Numbered from the stretch's first letter, positions 9,913-20,523 are shown. The stretch: DNA of 64,000 bases from Candidatus Microgenomates bacterium (GCA_016204255.1 JACQLA010000005.1:4339-68338); one strand, 5' to 3'. Program-made: numbers and translations. The notes: generated from the letters alone by a model not told the origin.

Positions 9913-11121
9913 ATGAAAAAGAAAATTTTTTGGCTCTATATCACTGTCTTTATTAATATCATCGGTTTTGGGATGATCTTTCCCATCTTGCCGCTTTTTG
10001 CTGAAACTTTTCATGCTTCAAGTTTTGAAATTGCGCTTTTGGCATCAGTTTTTTCATTGGCCCAATTTTTAACCGCCCCCTTTTTTGGAAGACTAGCCGA
10101 TCGTTACGGCAGAAGGCCGCTTTTAATTTTTTCGGTTATCGGATCAATTATTTCTTTTTTACTCGTTGCCATTGCTCCCAATATTGAAATCCTTTTTTTC
10201 TCCCGCCTCCTGCACGGTTTATCATCAGCCGCCAACTTTCCTATCGCCGCAGCTTATATGGCCGACGTTACTTCAAAAAAGGAAAGAGCGGGCTATATGG
10301 GAAAGCTGGCGGCAATGTTTGCCCTAGGATTTGTCGTTGGGCCTCTCTTTGGCGGCATTTTAGGCAACCAAGGATTCCCCTTAGCATTTTCTGTAGCAGC
10401 AGGAGTTGGATTTATTAATTTACTCCTGCTTCTTATTTTTCTACCTGAGTCTTTAACTCAAAAGGCGGAAAAACTGGTTTTACGCGAGGGGATCTTTAAT
10501 TTTAAATCCATCTACCACGGACTGCGAGGCGATTTTGGTTTATTATTTTTTCTTCTTTTCGCCTGGGCTTTTTATGTTTCCAATTTTCAGGTGGCTATTC
10601 CTCTTTTTGCTGAGGAGAGATTTTCTTTTGGGCCCTTGCAAAACGGGTTTTTCTTTTCCGCCACTGGCGTCACCGCCAGCATCAGTCAGTGGTTTTTGCT
10701 TCCCTTTGCAGTTAAAAAAATCGGCGAGATTAAAACAATTTTTATCGGTATCATTTTAATGATTTTTGGACAAATATTAGCCCCCTTCAGCCCGACAGTT
10801 ATTTTTTTCTATCTCTTTTTCATTATTTCCATCACCGGTAGCGGCTTAAAACGCCCGACTATTAATGCGCTTTTATCGGAAAAAACTAAAGAAGGGCAAG
10901 GAACTACCATGGGCTTGGCCTTTTCTTTTGAAAGTCTCGGCCGAACATTCGGACCTTTAGCGGCAGGAATAATAATTGCCCCACTTGGACTTTCCGCGCC
11001 CTTTTGGCTAACGGCGTTTGTACTTTTATTTGGTCTTTTTCTTTTTTGGAAGATTGAAATGAGAAAAGAGATTAGCGAGAACCAAACCGTCCGGAAACAG
11101 TTTGCCAGTCAAGAGCCTTGA
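9913..11121 (+). CDS. MFS transporter (drug:H+ antiporter-like)
   Basis: 402 aa with about 12 TM helices. MFS motif A-like GRLADRYGRRPLL is present. Confidence 0.85.
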   Translation: MKKKIFWLYITVFINIIGFGMIFPILPLFAETFHASSFEIALLASVFSLAQFLTAPFFGRLADRYGRRPLLIFSVIGSIISFLLVAIAPNIEILFFSRLLHGLSSAANFPIAAAYMADVTSKKERAGYMGKLAAMFALGFVVGPLFGGILGNQGFPLAFSVAAGVGFINLLLLLIFLPESLTQKAEKLVLREGIFNFKSIYHGLRGDFGLLFFLLFAWAFYVSNFQVAIPLFAEERFSFGPLQNGFFFSATGVTASISQWFLLPFAVKKIGEIKTIFIGIILMIFGQILAPFSPTVIFFYLFFIISITGSGLKRPTINALLSEKTKEGQGTTMGLAFSFESLGRTFGPLAAGIIIAPLGLSAPFWLTAFVLLFGLFLFWKIEMRKEISENQTVRKQFASQEP

Positions 11122-11662
11122 AAAATGCCGCGATGTAATCCGCACGCTTCAACCCATAATCCAGCATAAAAGCATGCTCAAAAACATCCATAACTAAAAG
11201 AGGTGTCGCACCAGCAAGATGCCCAACGTCATGCTCGTTAATCCAAACATTGAAAAGATGGTTAGTTTTTGCGTCAAAATAAAGAATTACCCAGCCAATT
11301 CCACGTATCGCGCCGATGCCTTTAAAATCTTTCTCCCAGATTTCATAAGAGCCGAATTCCTCGATAATTTTTTTAGCTAAATTTGACGATTGGTCTAAAT
11401 TTGATCCCTTTTTTATGAGGTTTCCGAAGTAATATTCGTGCAACCGCATACCGTTAAATTCCCAGCCGAATCTCCGGTTTAGTTCCGAATATTCCGGAGT
11501 TCCGATCTTACCGTCTTTTTTCATCCCAATAAGAATATCGGTTAACTTATTAGTATTGGTTACGTAACCCTGATAAAGAGTGAAGTGATTTTTTAAAAGT
11601 TGATCGCTAAAACCCGGGGTTCCTAAAAGATTTTCAAAATTTTGAAGTTCAAACGTGGTCAT
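11072..11662 (-). CDS. sodA: Fe/Mn superoxide dismutase family protein
   Basis: C-terminal DVFEHAFMLDY (the D..H metal-ligand motif). His-containing N-terminal helix pair. The 3' end overlaps the convergent MFS gene by 50 nt. Confidence 0.8.
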   Translation of the reverse strand: MTTFELQNFENLLGTPGFSDQLLKNHFTLYQGYVTNTNKLTDILIGMKKDGKIGTPEYSELNRRFGWEFNGMRLHEYYFGNLIKKGSNLDQSSNLAKKIIEEFGSYEIWEKDFKGIGAIRGIGWVILYFDAKTNHLFNVWINEHDVGHLAGATPLLVMDVFEHAFMLDYGLKRADYIAAFFKALDWQTVSGRFGSR

Positions 11663-11698
11663 TTTTCTAACTTTATTTTATCATTTTCACGCTCAAAG

Positions 11699-12808
11699 TC
11701 AATTACTCTTTTCCTTGTTTGACCTGTTAATTAGTTTTTCTAAAATTAACCACCTTCTTCTTTTTTCCCGATGAGGAATATTATCTTTTAATCTTGCCGC
11801 CGCCGTTTGAGGCCGTGGGGAGTACATTGAGATGTACGCTATCTCAAATCCCACCTTTTTACACAAATCGACAGTATTTTGAAATTGTTTTCCTGTCTCG
11901 CCAGGAAATCCAACAATAATATCGGTCCCAATTTTAATATCCGGAATTAATTGTTGAATCTTAGTTATTAAATCTAGATACTGCTTTGCAGTATATTTAC
12001 GATTCATTCTTTTTAAAATCTCGTCATCTCCTGATTGAACCGGCAGATGAAGATAGCGATCGATCTTAGGTAAACTTATCGCCCGGATAATATCATCAGT
12101 CAAATCCCAGGGGTTGGAAGTCATAAATTTAATCTTTTTAAGTCTCGGAATTTCGTGCAAGGCATACAGCAACAAAGCAAAAAAACTATCTTTATCACTA
12201 TAATGATATATATTATTAGAGTGGTTATACCGGTGGTGATTTTGTAAGGTGGTTTTCCCCTGGGGAGAAAAATCATTACCATAGGAGTTAACATTTTGGC
12301 CAAGAAGTGTAATTTCCCGATAGCCCCGTTTTACTAATTCTTCAACTCCGCAAATGATTTCCTCCATTGGTCTTGATCTTTCTCTTCCCCGAGAATACGG
12401 AACCACACAATAGGTACAAAAATTATTACAACCCTCCATAATCGGTACCCAAGCATGAATTGGCGAATAGCGTATAGTATATGGCGTATGGAGAGTAAAT
12501 TCTTCTATTTTTTTAAACTCATCAACTTGGGGCATCTTTTCTTGTAAGAATTTTTGAGGTAAACGCAGCATACATCCGGTAACTATTATTTTGGGTTTTT
12601 TGGCCCCTTTTTCCGATTTAATATTTTTAATAAAGCCTAAGGCTCGATCTTCGGCTGTCTGGCGGACAGAACACGTGTTGATAACTATCTCATCCGCCTC
12701 TTCAATATCTTTAGCTGGTAAAAACCCCCGACTTTGATAAAAACCGGCGATTTGTTCTGAGTCGGATTTATTCATTTGGCAGCCAAAAGTTTGAATATAA
12801 TATTTCAT
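11699..12808 (-). CDS. MiaB-like radical-SAM methylthiotransferase (no obvious TRAM domain)
   Basis: Begins MKYYIQTFGCQMNKSD. Radical-SAM CNNFCTYC motif present. ATG at 12808 is chosen and the 46-codon upstream extension in the track is rejected. Confidence 0.85.
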   Translation of the reverse strand: MKYYIQTFGCQMNKSDSEQIAGFYQSRGFLPAKDIEEADEIVINTCSVRQTAEDRALGFIKNIKSEKGAKKPKIIVTGCMLRLPQKFLQEKMPQVDEFKKIEEFTLHTPYTIRYSPIHAWVPIMEGCNNFCTYCVVPYSRGRERSRPMEEIICGVEELVKRGYREITLLGQNVNSYGNDFSPQGKTTLQNHHRYNHSNNIYHYSDKDSFFALLLYALHEIPRLKKIKFMTSNPWDLTDDIIRAISLPKIDRYLHLPVQSGDDEILKRMNRKYTAKQYLDLITKIQQLIPDIKIGTDIIVGFPGETGKQFQNTVDLCKKVGFEIAYISMYSPRPQTAAARLKDNIPHREKRRRWLILEKLINRSNKEKSN

Positions 12809-13027
12809 CTTTTTATTTCCGAGAAAAGTGTTCCTAATTTTACCACGAATAAAGAAATAGTTAAATTTATTGAGGCCGAAGAGGAAAACTTGATTTTTCC
12901 ACCAAAATATCCTATAATTCGCGTAGCGAACCAGCAGTGAACGCAAGTAAGCGCTCTAATTACGGAATAATTAATAACTTCGGTATAATACCAGAGCGTC
13001 TAATTCGATATTGAATAACCTATAGCT

Positions 13028-13627
13028 ATGAAAATTACTAGTTTGTTTATCGCCTTTCTTTTTGTGTGCATGTTCTTTTTATGGACGGCTCCTCAAGCAC
13101 GAGCTTCTGAGGGAAAGGTAGAACTTCGGAGCAATACGGGTCAAAACGACCGCTGCTTAGTCACGTCTACTTTTATGAAAGAACTAAATTATACTCTTTT
13201 GGTAAATTGCCGCGATCTTACATATCCGCCTGCGCCAGACAAACTTGCTTATGTCCTTTGGTCAATTCCTGTCAGCGGCAACAAACCCGAAAAAATCGGT
13301 GAATTAGGTCTTGGAAAAGCAGAATTTAAAACTAAAAATGCCTTCTCCACCCTTTTTGTGACCAAGGAAGTCAGCCTTAATGTCCAAAATCCATCTGAAC
13401 CTGTTGTATTACAAGGACGAGTTGAGACAATCGATTTTTTGGGCGCGCCAACCAGTCCTACGCCTACTCCAATCATCACTAGCCCGACACCTTCATCTAT
13501 AGCTACAGGGGGCGGACAGTTAATTTCGACTATCCGACGAATTGCCACAATATTTTTAATAAGTCTTTTTGTCATTATTATTTTTGCTGCGGCTATAATC
13601 ATTACTCTTCGAAGATCTCGTAGCTAA
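13028..13627 (+). CDS. hypothetical exported protein with C-terminal membrane anchor
   Basis: Signal peptide (…FFLWTAPQARA/SEG), a PT-rich segment, and a C-terminal TM helix followed by RRSRS. Confidence 0.6.
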   Translation: MKITSLFIAFLFVCMFFLWTAPQARASEGKVELRSNTGQNDRCLVTSTFMKELNYTLLVNCRDLTYPPAPDKLAYVLWSIPVSGNKPEKIGELGLGKAEFKTKNAFSTLFVTKEVSLNVQNPSEPVVLQGRVETIDFLGAPTSPTPTPIITSPTPSSIATGGGQLISTIRRIATIFLISLFVIIIFAAAIIITLRRSRS

Positions 13628-13628
13628 G

Positions 13629-14429
13629 CTAGCTTGAGGCAGAAGAGTAGTGTCTCAAAGAGAATTTCCAAAACCATAGACTTACTCCAAAAAAAGTTAT
13701 TCCCAAAACCAGGGCAACTAAAACAAGGTTAAAAGATAATAGATTCATTATGGCCTTTGCCGGAAAAGTGACCATCACCCCTATAGGAACGACAAATGTT
13801 AAAAAACCACGAATAGGCTCCCGATAGATATCAATTGGCAAACGACCCATATTTGAAAGATCCCGATAAAGCATTATCGTGTTGTCTACCTCGGTGGTCA
13901 AAACCCCAATAGCCGCCACCAACGTATGAAAAGCAATGGATATTAAAAACGCATTAAAAACTAAGAGTAAATAAAGAAAAATATTCTCGAGAGCAAGCGG
14001 CCCTAGTTTCCCGGCGGCGTAGATTAGAAAAATGATTAAAGGCGGCAATGATAAAAGATCAAGAATATCTGCGCCACCGGCTAAAACACGAAACAGAGGA
14101 TTAATTGGTTTAACTAAAACTAAATCAAAATTGCCGCTTACAACCAACAATCGGAATCTATAAACCTCACGCAAAAAAAATTGGGTCAAAGAATCAATAA
14201 GATTGAATGTTAAAAAGAAAAATGCCACTTGCCAAAGATTATAACCGGCAATAATTTTTGTTTGACTGGTTAAAAGTAGAAGAAAAATAAAGAAAAAAAT
14301 AAAGCGTAAAATCTTTCCGGTAAAGAAAAAGGCTGCTCCAAAACGGGAAATTAACGAAACCGATAATGAAGCAGTTGTCATTATCCACCAAATTTTCAGA
14401 TATCGTTTCAAAAAGACCAAAGAAATCAC
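13629..14429 (-). CDS. ABC-2-type transporter permease (COG3694-like)
   Basis: Polytopic membrane protein. A GTG start at 14429 forms a GTGA overlap with the upstream stop and is preceded by GGAGGGG. The track start at 14468 is less likely. Confidence 0.7.
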   Translation of the reverse strand: MISLVFLKRYLKIWWIMTTASLSVSLISRFGAAFFFTGKILRFIFFFIFLLLLTSQTKIIAGYNLWQVAFFFLTFNLIDSLTQFFLREVYRFRLLVVSGNFDLVLVKPINPLFRVLAGGADILDLLSLPPLIIFLIYAAGKLGPLALENIFLYLLLVFNAFLISIAFHTLVAAIGVLTTEVDNTIMLYRDLSNMGRLPIDIYREPIRGFLTFVVPIGVMVTFPAKAIMNLLSFNLVLVALVLGITFFGVSLWFWKFSLRHYSSASS

Positions 14430-15223
14430 TTCCCCTCCGCAGAATAAACTCTTAGACCTTTTTCCCAAACTCTGTTAACGATCTGGCTAAAAATTAGAAT
14501 CCAGATAAAAGAAATAAACAAACTTTGAATAACTTGAAAATTATTCAGCTGCCCTAAATAAATTTTTAACGGAAAAAATTCTAGATAAGAAAGCGGTAAA
14601 AATTTAACTATTCTGTATAAAAATTCCGGTAAAATATCCAAAGGAAATAGTCCTCCCGCAAAAAATTCAACCAAAATGAAGAATATGAAGCGTGGTGCCC
14701 ACACCTCTGGGCTCCAAAAAGCCACCAAACCCAAAAGAAAATTAATGTAAAAGTAAAGAACAATAGCCAAAATAACGCTGGCAATAAAAAATAAGAGATT
14801 AATAATATCAGTTTGTAAAAACAATGGAGGCCTTAAAAGAATGATAATTAAGGTTAACTCAAAAATGGCAAAACTTATATTCATTGATTTATCGGCTAGG
14901 TCGCGGGTAAACCAATATTTAAGATAGCTTATGGGTTTAAGCAAAAAATTGGTTAGATTCCCCTGGTTAATTTCGTCTCCCACACTAATGGTTCTTGAAG
15001 AAAAAACAATAGCGCGTAAAATTGCTGTCCCCAAAATATAGGTTAAAAGCAGCGATTGACTATAACCAAAAATCTCGCCCTTTTGGTTTTGGAAAATTGA
15101 CCACCAAAGAAAGTAAATTGCCAATAGCTGTAAAACCGTCCTCACTCGCCACATTATAAAATTAAGTCGGTAGGTAAAATATTCATCCCAGGTATTTTTA
15201 AAAACTTGCCAATATTTTTTCAT
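14426..15223 (-). CDS. ABC-2-type transporter permease (COG4587-like)
   Basis: 265 aa polytopic membrane protein, contiguous with the ATPase gene. Confidence 0.7.
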   Translation of the reverse strand: MKKYWQVFKNTWDEYFTYRLNFIMWRVRTVLQLLAIYFLWWSIFQNQKGEIFGYSQSLLLTYILGTAILRAIVFSSRTISVGDEINQGNLTNFLLKPISYLKYWFTRDLADKSMNISFAIFELTLIIILLRPPLFLQTDIINLLFFIASVILAIVLYFYINFLLGLVAFWSPEVWAPRFIFFILVEFFAGGLFPLDILPEFLYRIVKFLPLSYLEFFPLKIYLGQLNNFQVIQSLFISFIWILIFSQIVNRVWEKGLRVYSAEGK

Positions 15224-16207
15224 TTAGCCCTGCTTTTCTGTGGAAAAAATTTGCCGAATTACTTCCTCAATTGGTGGCTCTTCGATATTTAAATCGGCAA
15301 TAGGGAAGTTTTGAAGAAGCTCGGCGGCTGCAACGTTAGATGATTCTCTTGGAACCATAAGTGTTGCCTGAGGAAAATCAAGATTTCTTATTTGACCAAT
15401 CTTAGATACTTTTTGAGTATCCACGGGTTGACTGAAGGTCACAGACAGAAGTTTATAATCGGCAAACTTTTTAACGATTTCTCCAAGCAAACCATCATAA
15501 AGAATTCTTCCTTTTTCAATAATGATTACCCGCCGGCAAAGCTTTTCCACATCACCCATATAATGGCTGGTTAAAAGGATTGTGGATTTAAAATGACGAT
15601 TATATTCGCGGATAAAATCTTGGATTCGCTCTTGCATAATTACATCTAAACCAATCGTGGGTTCGTCCAAAAATAAAATTTTTGGGCGATGAAGAAGAGC
15701 CGCGATAAGTTCACAGCGCATTCGCTGTCCTAAAGAAAGTTTGCGACTGGGAACATTAATAAAATCGCTGGCATCTAAAAGATCAACTAAATCATGAAGG
15801 TTATTTTTAAACTCGGCCTCGTTAAGTTCATAAATTTCCTTGTTTAAAAGGAACGTTTCCATTGGCGGAAGATCCCACCAAAGCTGGTTTTTTTGGCCCA
15901 TTACAAAGGCAATTTGCTTCAAAAACTCTTTCTCTCGCTCAAAAGGAGTAAATCCCAGAATATCAATTTCGCCACCGGTGGGATATAAGAGCCCCGCCAG
16001 ACATTTTAAAGTCGTCGTTTTCCCCGCACCATTTGGGCCAATAAAACCGACTAATTCGCCTTCGCCTATTTCAAAAGAAACTTTTTCAACCGCTTTAATC
16101 AGGTTGTAACGACGGTTAATTAAAGAGGCAATCGAGTTCCAGACTCCTGCCTCTCTTTGATAAACTCTGTAATTTTTCTGGAGATTCTTAACAAGAATTA
16201 TTTCCAT
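15224..16207 (-). CDS. ABC transporter ATP-binding protein (COG4586-like)
   Basis: Walker A GPNGAGKTT, signature LSLGQRMR, Walker B ILFLDEPT. The start is ambiguous, at either 16207 or 16237. Confidence 0.9.
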   Translation of the reverse strand: MEIILVKNLQKNYRVYQREAGVWNSIASLINRRYNLIKAVEKVSFEIGEGELVGFIGPNGAGKTTTLKCLAGLLYPTGGEIDILGFTPFEREKEFLKQIAFVMGQKNQLWWDLPPMETFLLNKEIYELNEAEFKNNLHDLVDLLDASDFINVPSRKLSLGQRMRCELIAALLHRPKILFLDEPTIGLDVIMQERIQDFIREYNRHFKSTILLTSHYMGDVEKLCRRVIIIEKGRILYDGLLGEIVKKFADYKLLSVTFSQPVDTQKVSKIGQIRNLDFPQATLMVPRESSNVAAAELLQNFPIADLNIEEPPIEEVIRQIFSTEKQG

Positions 16208-16278
16208 CGATGAAAACACATACAGAGAGAAACCCAAATAGACTTTGGGTTCTCTCTTTAGGGATTTTAAACAAACCT

Positions 16279-16308
16279 CTTCGGACTGAAAGTCCGAAGT
16301 TTTCTTTT
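16279..16308. terminator. intrinsic-terminator-like hairpin (better formed in + orientation)
   Basis: cttcggact-gaa-agtccgaag followed by ttttctttt on the + strand. The minus-strand reading is followed by aggtttgttt. Confidence 0.4.
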
Positions 16309-16393
16309 CAAAGTTTACATGAGTCCTGTAAAAAACTCGAGTCTTCCAGTTTTACTCCTGCTTACCGAAGAAGTATTTAATCTTTGCCTTCAT

Positions 16394-16419
16394 CTCCCCG
16401 ATTAAATCGGGGAGTTTTC
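16394..16419. other. CCCCGA-loop-TCGGGG hairpin, same motif as those inside the RNase P RNA
   Basis: ctccccg-attaaat-cggggag followed by ttttc on the + strand. It lies just downstream of hup. Confidence 0.4.
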
Positions 16420-16436
16420 GGCAAGACGATTATAAC

Positions 16437-16709
16437 TTAACGAATTGCCTTCTTTAAGGCCTTACCGGCAGTGAAACCGGGAGTTTTTCTCGCCGCGATA
16501 GTTATCACTTCACCGCTGCGAGGATTTCTTCCTTTTCGACTGGCACGGGAACGTACCATAAAAGTCCCAAACCCAGTTATTACAACCTTTTCGCTTCTTT
16601 TAAGGCTATCACGAATAGTATCTAAAAATGCTGCTACTGCTTCTCGGGAAGCTTTACTAGTAAGATCAGCTTTTTTTGCCACCGCTTCAATGAGATCCGC
16701 TTTAGTCAT
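16437..16709 (-). CDS. hup: DNA-binding protein HU
   Basis: MTKADLIEAVAKKADLTSK…GFGTF…RNPRSGE. ATG at 16709 is preceded by GGAGGGAGGTG, and the track's GTG at 16718 lies inside that SD. Confidence 0.92.
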   Translation of the reverse strand: MTKADLIEAVAKKADLTSKASREAVAAFLDTIRDSLKRSEKVVITGFGTFMVRSRASRKGRNPRSGEVITIAARKTPGFTAGKALKKAIR

Positions 16710-16943
16710 TTCTCTCACCTCCCTCCAGGCAGATAACTTCTTTCTAAAGTCGATTTTCTTTTTGAAAAATTCGACCTAGGTTAAATCCAAAAAAACGATA
16801 GCATATCTAATTTAAAATGTAAAGGTTTAATGCGCTAAAAATTGATTTTTAGGATCGACTTCAAAAGGGGTTTTTCTACACCACGCTAGAAATGAAGAAA
16901 ACGGGTCTCCTTGATAATATTCTGAGTCCGAGGCCCAAAACGA

Positions 16944-18467
16944 CTATTTTGCGACTTCAGTGGCCCGCAGCTCCCGAATCACAGTAACTTTTATTTGTCC
17001 GGGATAAGTCAGCTGTTTTTCGATTTCATCCTTAATCGTTTTGCTTAATATAATTGCGGTTGCATCATCAACTTTCCCCGGATCAACAATTACCCGCAGT
17101 TCTCTACCTGCCTGGAAGGCATAAGCCCCAACCACTCCCTGCTGTTTTTGAGCAATTGCCTCAAGATCGGTTAAACGTTTAATGTATTCTCCGTAGTCCT
17201 CTAAACGAGCACCAGGCCGCGCGCCGGAAATCGCATCAGCAATGTAAACCAACACTGATTCTAAAGAAGAGAAGGGCTTGTCTTCGTGATGCTCTTCAAC
17301 GCAAGCGATAACCTTAGGAGGCATATTATTTTTTCTCAAAAGATCGACAGCAAGTTGCACATGACTCCCCTCCTCATCAGTAATCACTTTGCCAATATCA
17401 TGCAGAAGACAACCAAGTCTAACTACATTTACTTCTGCCCCCAACTCTCTGGCCAAAGCTATCCCTATCTGTGTCTCCTCAAGGGTATGAGCGATCATAT
17501 TTTGGCCGTAAGAAAAGCGGTATTTAAATCTTCCCAAAAGACTAACCTTGTCTGCGGGTAAATTGTAGACTCCAACCGCATGGCACAGTTTTTCCCCTTC
17601 TTCAAACATAATTTTTTCAATATCCTTTTTAGTTTTAGCAACCATTTCCTCAATTCTGGCCGGCTGGATTCTTCCGTCGGCGATCAAGCGTTCTAAAGAA
17701 ACTTTGGCAATCTCGCGCCTGACGGGATCAAAAGAAGAAAGGCGAATCTCTCCCGGAGTTTCATCGATATCAAAATCAACGCCCGTGGCCTGCTCTAAGG
17801 CTTTGATATTCCTTCCTTCCTTACCAATAATGCGTCCCTTTATTTCCTCATCAGCCAGTTTAATCGTGGAGACTGTATATTCGGCTACATAATCTGTGGC
17901 TCCATGAAGCATGGCATCGGCAAGAATTTCGCGGGCTTTTTTACTAGCCTCTTCTTTGGCTTGAGCTTCGGCCTCCTTAATCCTTTTGGCCTTTTCTTCA
18001 CGGAGATAATTATCGAGGGAATCAAGAATTAGCTTTTTTGCTTCTTCAGAAGTTAGACCGGCTGCTCTTTCAAGTTTAGCTAACTGTTCTTGTTTAACTT
18101 TTTCAATCTCGGAGATCTTATTTTTTAACTCATCTTCCTTAGATCTTAGATGATTTTCTTTTTCCTCCAAAGAGGTGATACGCCGCTCAAGGCTTTCTTC
18201 TTTTTGGGTCAACCGTTGTTGAAGTAGCAAAACTTCATTTCTTACCCTTCGCGCTTCTTCCTCCGCTTCCTTACGAATTTTAAAAGCCTCATTTTGAGCT
18301 TCCAAAAGAATTTCCTGAGCGCGGATTTGAAATTTATCGGATGTCGTTTCCTGGGGAACTCTTTTTTTAACTTCTTCTTTAACTTCTTCTCTTCTGACTT
18401 TTTCTACCTTTGGTCTTTTTTCTTTCTGTCCGACAATAGTCTTTAAACGACTGAAAAACGATGGCAT
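16944..18467 (-). CDS. rny: ribonuclease Y
   Basis: Coiled-coil N-terminus, KH domain (IGKEGRNIKALE) and HD domain (LLHDIGK). No obvious N-terminal TM helix. Confidence 0.9.
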   Translation of the reverse strand: MPSFFSRLKTIVGQKEKRPKVEKVRREEVKEEVKKRVPQETTSDKFQIRAQEILLEAQNEAFKIRKEAEEEARRVRNEVLLLQQRLTQKEESLERRITSLEEKENHLRSKEDELKNKISEIEKVKQEQLAKLERAAGLTSEEAKKLILDSLDNYLREEKAKRIKEAEAQAKEEASKKAREILADAMLHGATDYVAEYTVSTIKLADEEIKGRIIGKEGRNIKALEQATGVDFDIDETPGEIRLSSFDPVRREIAKVSLERLIADGRIQPARIEEMVAKTKKDIEKIMFEEGEKLCHAVGVYNLPADKVSLLGRFKYRFSYGQNMIAHTLEETQIGIALARELGAEVNVVRLGCLLHDIGKVITDEEGSHVQLAVDLLRKNNMPPKVIACVEEHHEDKPFSSLESVLVYIADAISGARPGARLEDYGEYIKRLTDLEAIAQKQQGVVGAYAFQAGRELRVIVDPGKVDDATAIILSKTIKDEIEKQLTYPGQIKVTVIRELRATEVAK

Positions 18468-18632
18468 ACATCCTCCTTAATAAGCTCTGGTAAACTTGTT
18501 AAATGGAAAACAACGAGGAGAACAAGTTAAAGACGTTCGCGGTAAAAATGATTAAAAGATATTTTGCTTAGTGAATTTCTCATGAAATTTTTTAATTTAA
18601 CCTGTTGCCCTCGAAATTTTACCAGTTAAATT

Positions 18633-19262
18633 TTACTCTTTCCCCGAGATTTCGTCAACAGCACTTTTTATGACCTCCCAACTAAAACCCTGTCTCATTA
18701 AATATTTAGTTATTTTTTCTTTCACCGCTTGGGGAGGCAATTTCTGCCAAATGGAAAGCTTCTTTTTTAGTAATTTTTCCGCCGTCTGTTTATCACTATT
18801 TACTAAATTACTCTCTTTAATTTGCGCAATTAATTCTTGGGAAATCCCTTTTTGTCTCAATTCTTGCAATAATGCCCGATAAGACCGGGGTCGCAAAATA
18901 TTTCTCTGCTCAATCCACCAACGGGTAAATTCCCAATCATCCAGGAATTTATCTTTTTCAAGCTCTTCAACAATTTTTTTCGATTCTTCTTCGTCAACTT
19001 TTTTCCGCGAGAGAAAATCAATAACTTCTTTTTTGGTTCGCGGGCGGAAAGATAAAAATTTAAAAACTTTATCAAGGATTTTTTTCCTTCCAGAGATCTC
19101 AAAAAGATTCTCAAGTTGATTTGGAAAAATTTCCTGTCCCACGTCTAGTTTTTCGGCAAGAACAGTTTCTAAATCTAAACCGAGAATAAATTTATCATCA
19201 ATATAAAGATTCATTCTGGCGGAATTTTTCTTTTGAGGTATTAAAGCAGTAATTTTCCCCAC
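18633..19262 (-). CDS. recX: RecX family regulator
   Basis: 209 aa helical-repeat protein immediately downstream of recA, with RecX-like repeats. Confidence 0.75.
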   Translation of the reverse strand: MGKITALIPQKKNSARMNLYIDDKFILGLDLETVLAEKLDVGQEIFPNQLENLFEISGRKKILDKVFKFLSFRPRTKKEVIDFLSRKKVDEEESKKIVEELEKDKFLDDWEFTRWWIEQRNILRPRSYRALLQELRQKGISQELIAQIKESNLVNSDKQTAEKLLKKKLSIWQKLPPQAVKEKITKYLMRQGFSWEVIKSAVDEISGKE

Positions 19263-19269
19263 GGGGAAT

Positions 19270-20325
19270 TTAAGCGGCCAGCGCTTCCTCTTTCAGTTCC
19301 TTACCCATCACCACTGAAACTTGGGTGGTTTTTGCTTTTTTCCAAATTGCGTCTTCAATGTCTTTGGCCAAACTTTTCTTCTCACTCAGAGTCATCTTAG
19401 CGGCTTCTTTTCCTTGACCAAGCATTATATCATTAAATTTAAAGAAGGCTCCGGATTTATTAATGACGCCCATCTCCACTCCGACATCAATCAGACCGCC
19501 CTCTTTGGAAATACCACTGGCCATGATATCAAATTCGGCCATTCTAAAAGGAGGGGCCACTTTATTTTTAACAATTTTAACCCGATGCCGCGAACCGATA
19601 ACCCGATCACCATCTTTAAGAGTTTCTATCTTGCGGGTATCAAGTCTAACTGAGGCATAGAATTTCATAGCCAAACCTCCGGGAGTTGTTTCCGGATTAC
19701 CAAACATCACCCCAATTTTTTGGCGAAGCTGATTAGTAAAAATTACGACCGTTTTTGATTTGGAAATAACCCCGGTTAATTTCCTTAACGCTTGCGACAT
19801 TAAACGAGCTTGGACCCCAACCATTGCATCACCCATCTCCCCTTCAATTTCCGCCCGGGGCACTAAAGCCGCAACCGAGTCAATAACTAAAACATCAACT
19901 CCACCGGAGCGAATTAAGGTTTCAGCAATTTCCAAGGCCTGTTCACCAGTGTCCGGTTGAGAAATTATAAGATCATCAAGTTTAACCCCAATTATTTGAG
20001 CCCAAAGCGGATCTAAAGCATGCTCAGCATCAATAAAAGCCACCACTCCGCCTTCTTTTTGTGCCTGAGCAATAACCTTTAAAGTAAGTGTGGTTTTGCC
20101 GGACGCCTCCGGGCCGAAAATCTCGATAATTCGCCCGCGCGGTAAACCACCAACACCCAAAGCAAGATCTAGGGGAATCACATCGGTGGGGATAACTTCA
20201 ATTTGTATTTTGAAGCCGCTTTCTCCAAGTTTCATAATAGCACCCTTACCGTATTGCTTCTCAATCTGTTCCATTGCCAAGCGGATTGTTTGAAGTTTAG
20301 CGTTCTTATCGTTGTTGCTGGTCAT
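19270..20325 (-). CDS. recA: recombinase RecA
   Basis: [10 protein letters not shown] Walker A, the IDSVAAL and FINQLR-like block ([22 protein letters not shown]), and overall RecA sequence. Confidence 0.97.
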   Translation of the reverse strand: MTSNNDKNAKLQTIRLAMEQIEKQYGKGAIMKLGESGFKIQIEVIPTDVIPLDLALGVGGLPRGRIIEIFGPEASGKTTLTLKVIAQAQKEGGVVAFIDAEHALDPLWAQIIGVKLDDLIISQPDTGEQALEIAETLIRSGGVDVLVIDSVAALVPRAEIEGEMGDAMVGVQARLMSQALRKLTGVISKSKTVVIFTNQLRQKIGVMFGNPETTPGGLAMKFYASVRLDTRKIETLKDGDRVIGSRHRVKIVKNKVAPPFRMAEFDIMASGISKEGGLIDVGVEMGVINKSGAFFKFNDIMLGQGKEAAKMTLSEKKSLAKDIEDAIWKKAKTTQVSVVMGKELKEEALAA

Positions 20326-20390
20326 ATCAAATTTTACACCTTAAGCGCTCTCATTTTACTATATTTATGGTAAAATACAAGCGGTATAAA

Positions 20391-20467
20391 CGGGGTGTAG
20401 TTCAGTTGGCTAGAATGCACGCATGGGGTGCGTGAGGTCGGCGGTTCGAGTCCGCCCACCCCGACCA
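20391..20467 (+). tRNA. tRNA-Pro (anticodon GGG), CCA encoded
   Basis: Hand-folded cloverleaf. Acceptor is cggggtg/caccccg. Anticodon stem is cacgc/gcgtg with loop atGGGgt. T arm is ggcgg-ttcgagt-ccgcc. The 3' end is ACCA. An extended -10 TGgTAAAAT lies at 20368-20376. Confidence 0.9.
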
Positions 20468-20495
20468 AAAATGATTCTATACTTATTCCCCCTGA

Positions 20496-20523
20496 ATTCA
20501 AGGCCCTAAAAGGGGCCTTGAAT
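20496..20523. terminator. strong 11-bp hairpin between convergent tRNA-Pro and the 20551 gene
   Basis: attcaaggccc-taaaag-gggccttgaat. There is no clean U-run on either strand. Confidence 0.35.

Noticed and set aside
11072-11121. 50-nt convergent overlap of the MFS transporter and SOD 3' ends
   Set aside because: Both ORFs look genuine. Such convergent overlaps are common in compact genomes, and I see no evidence of a special function.
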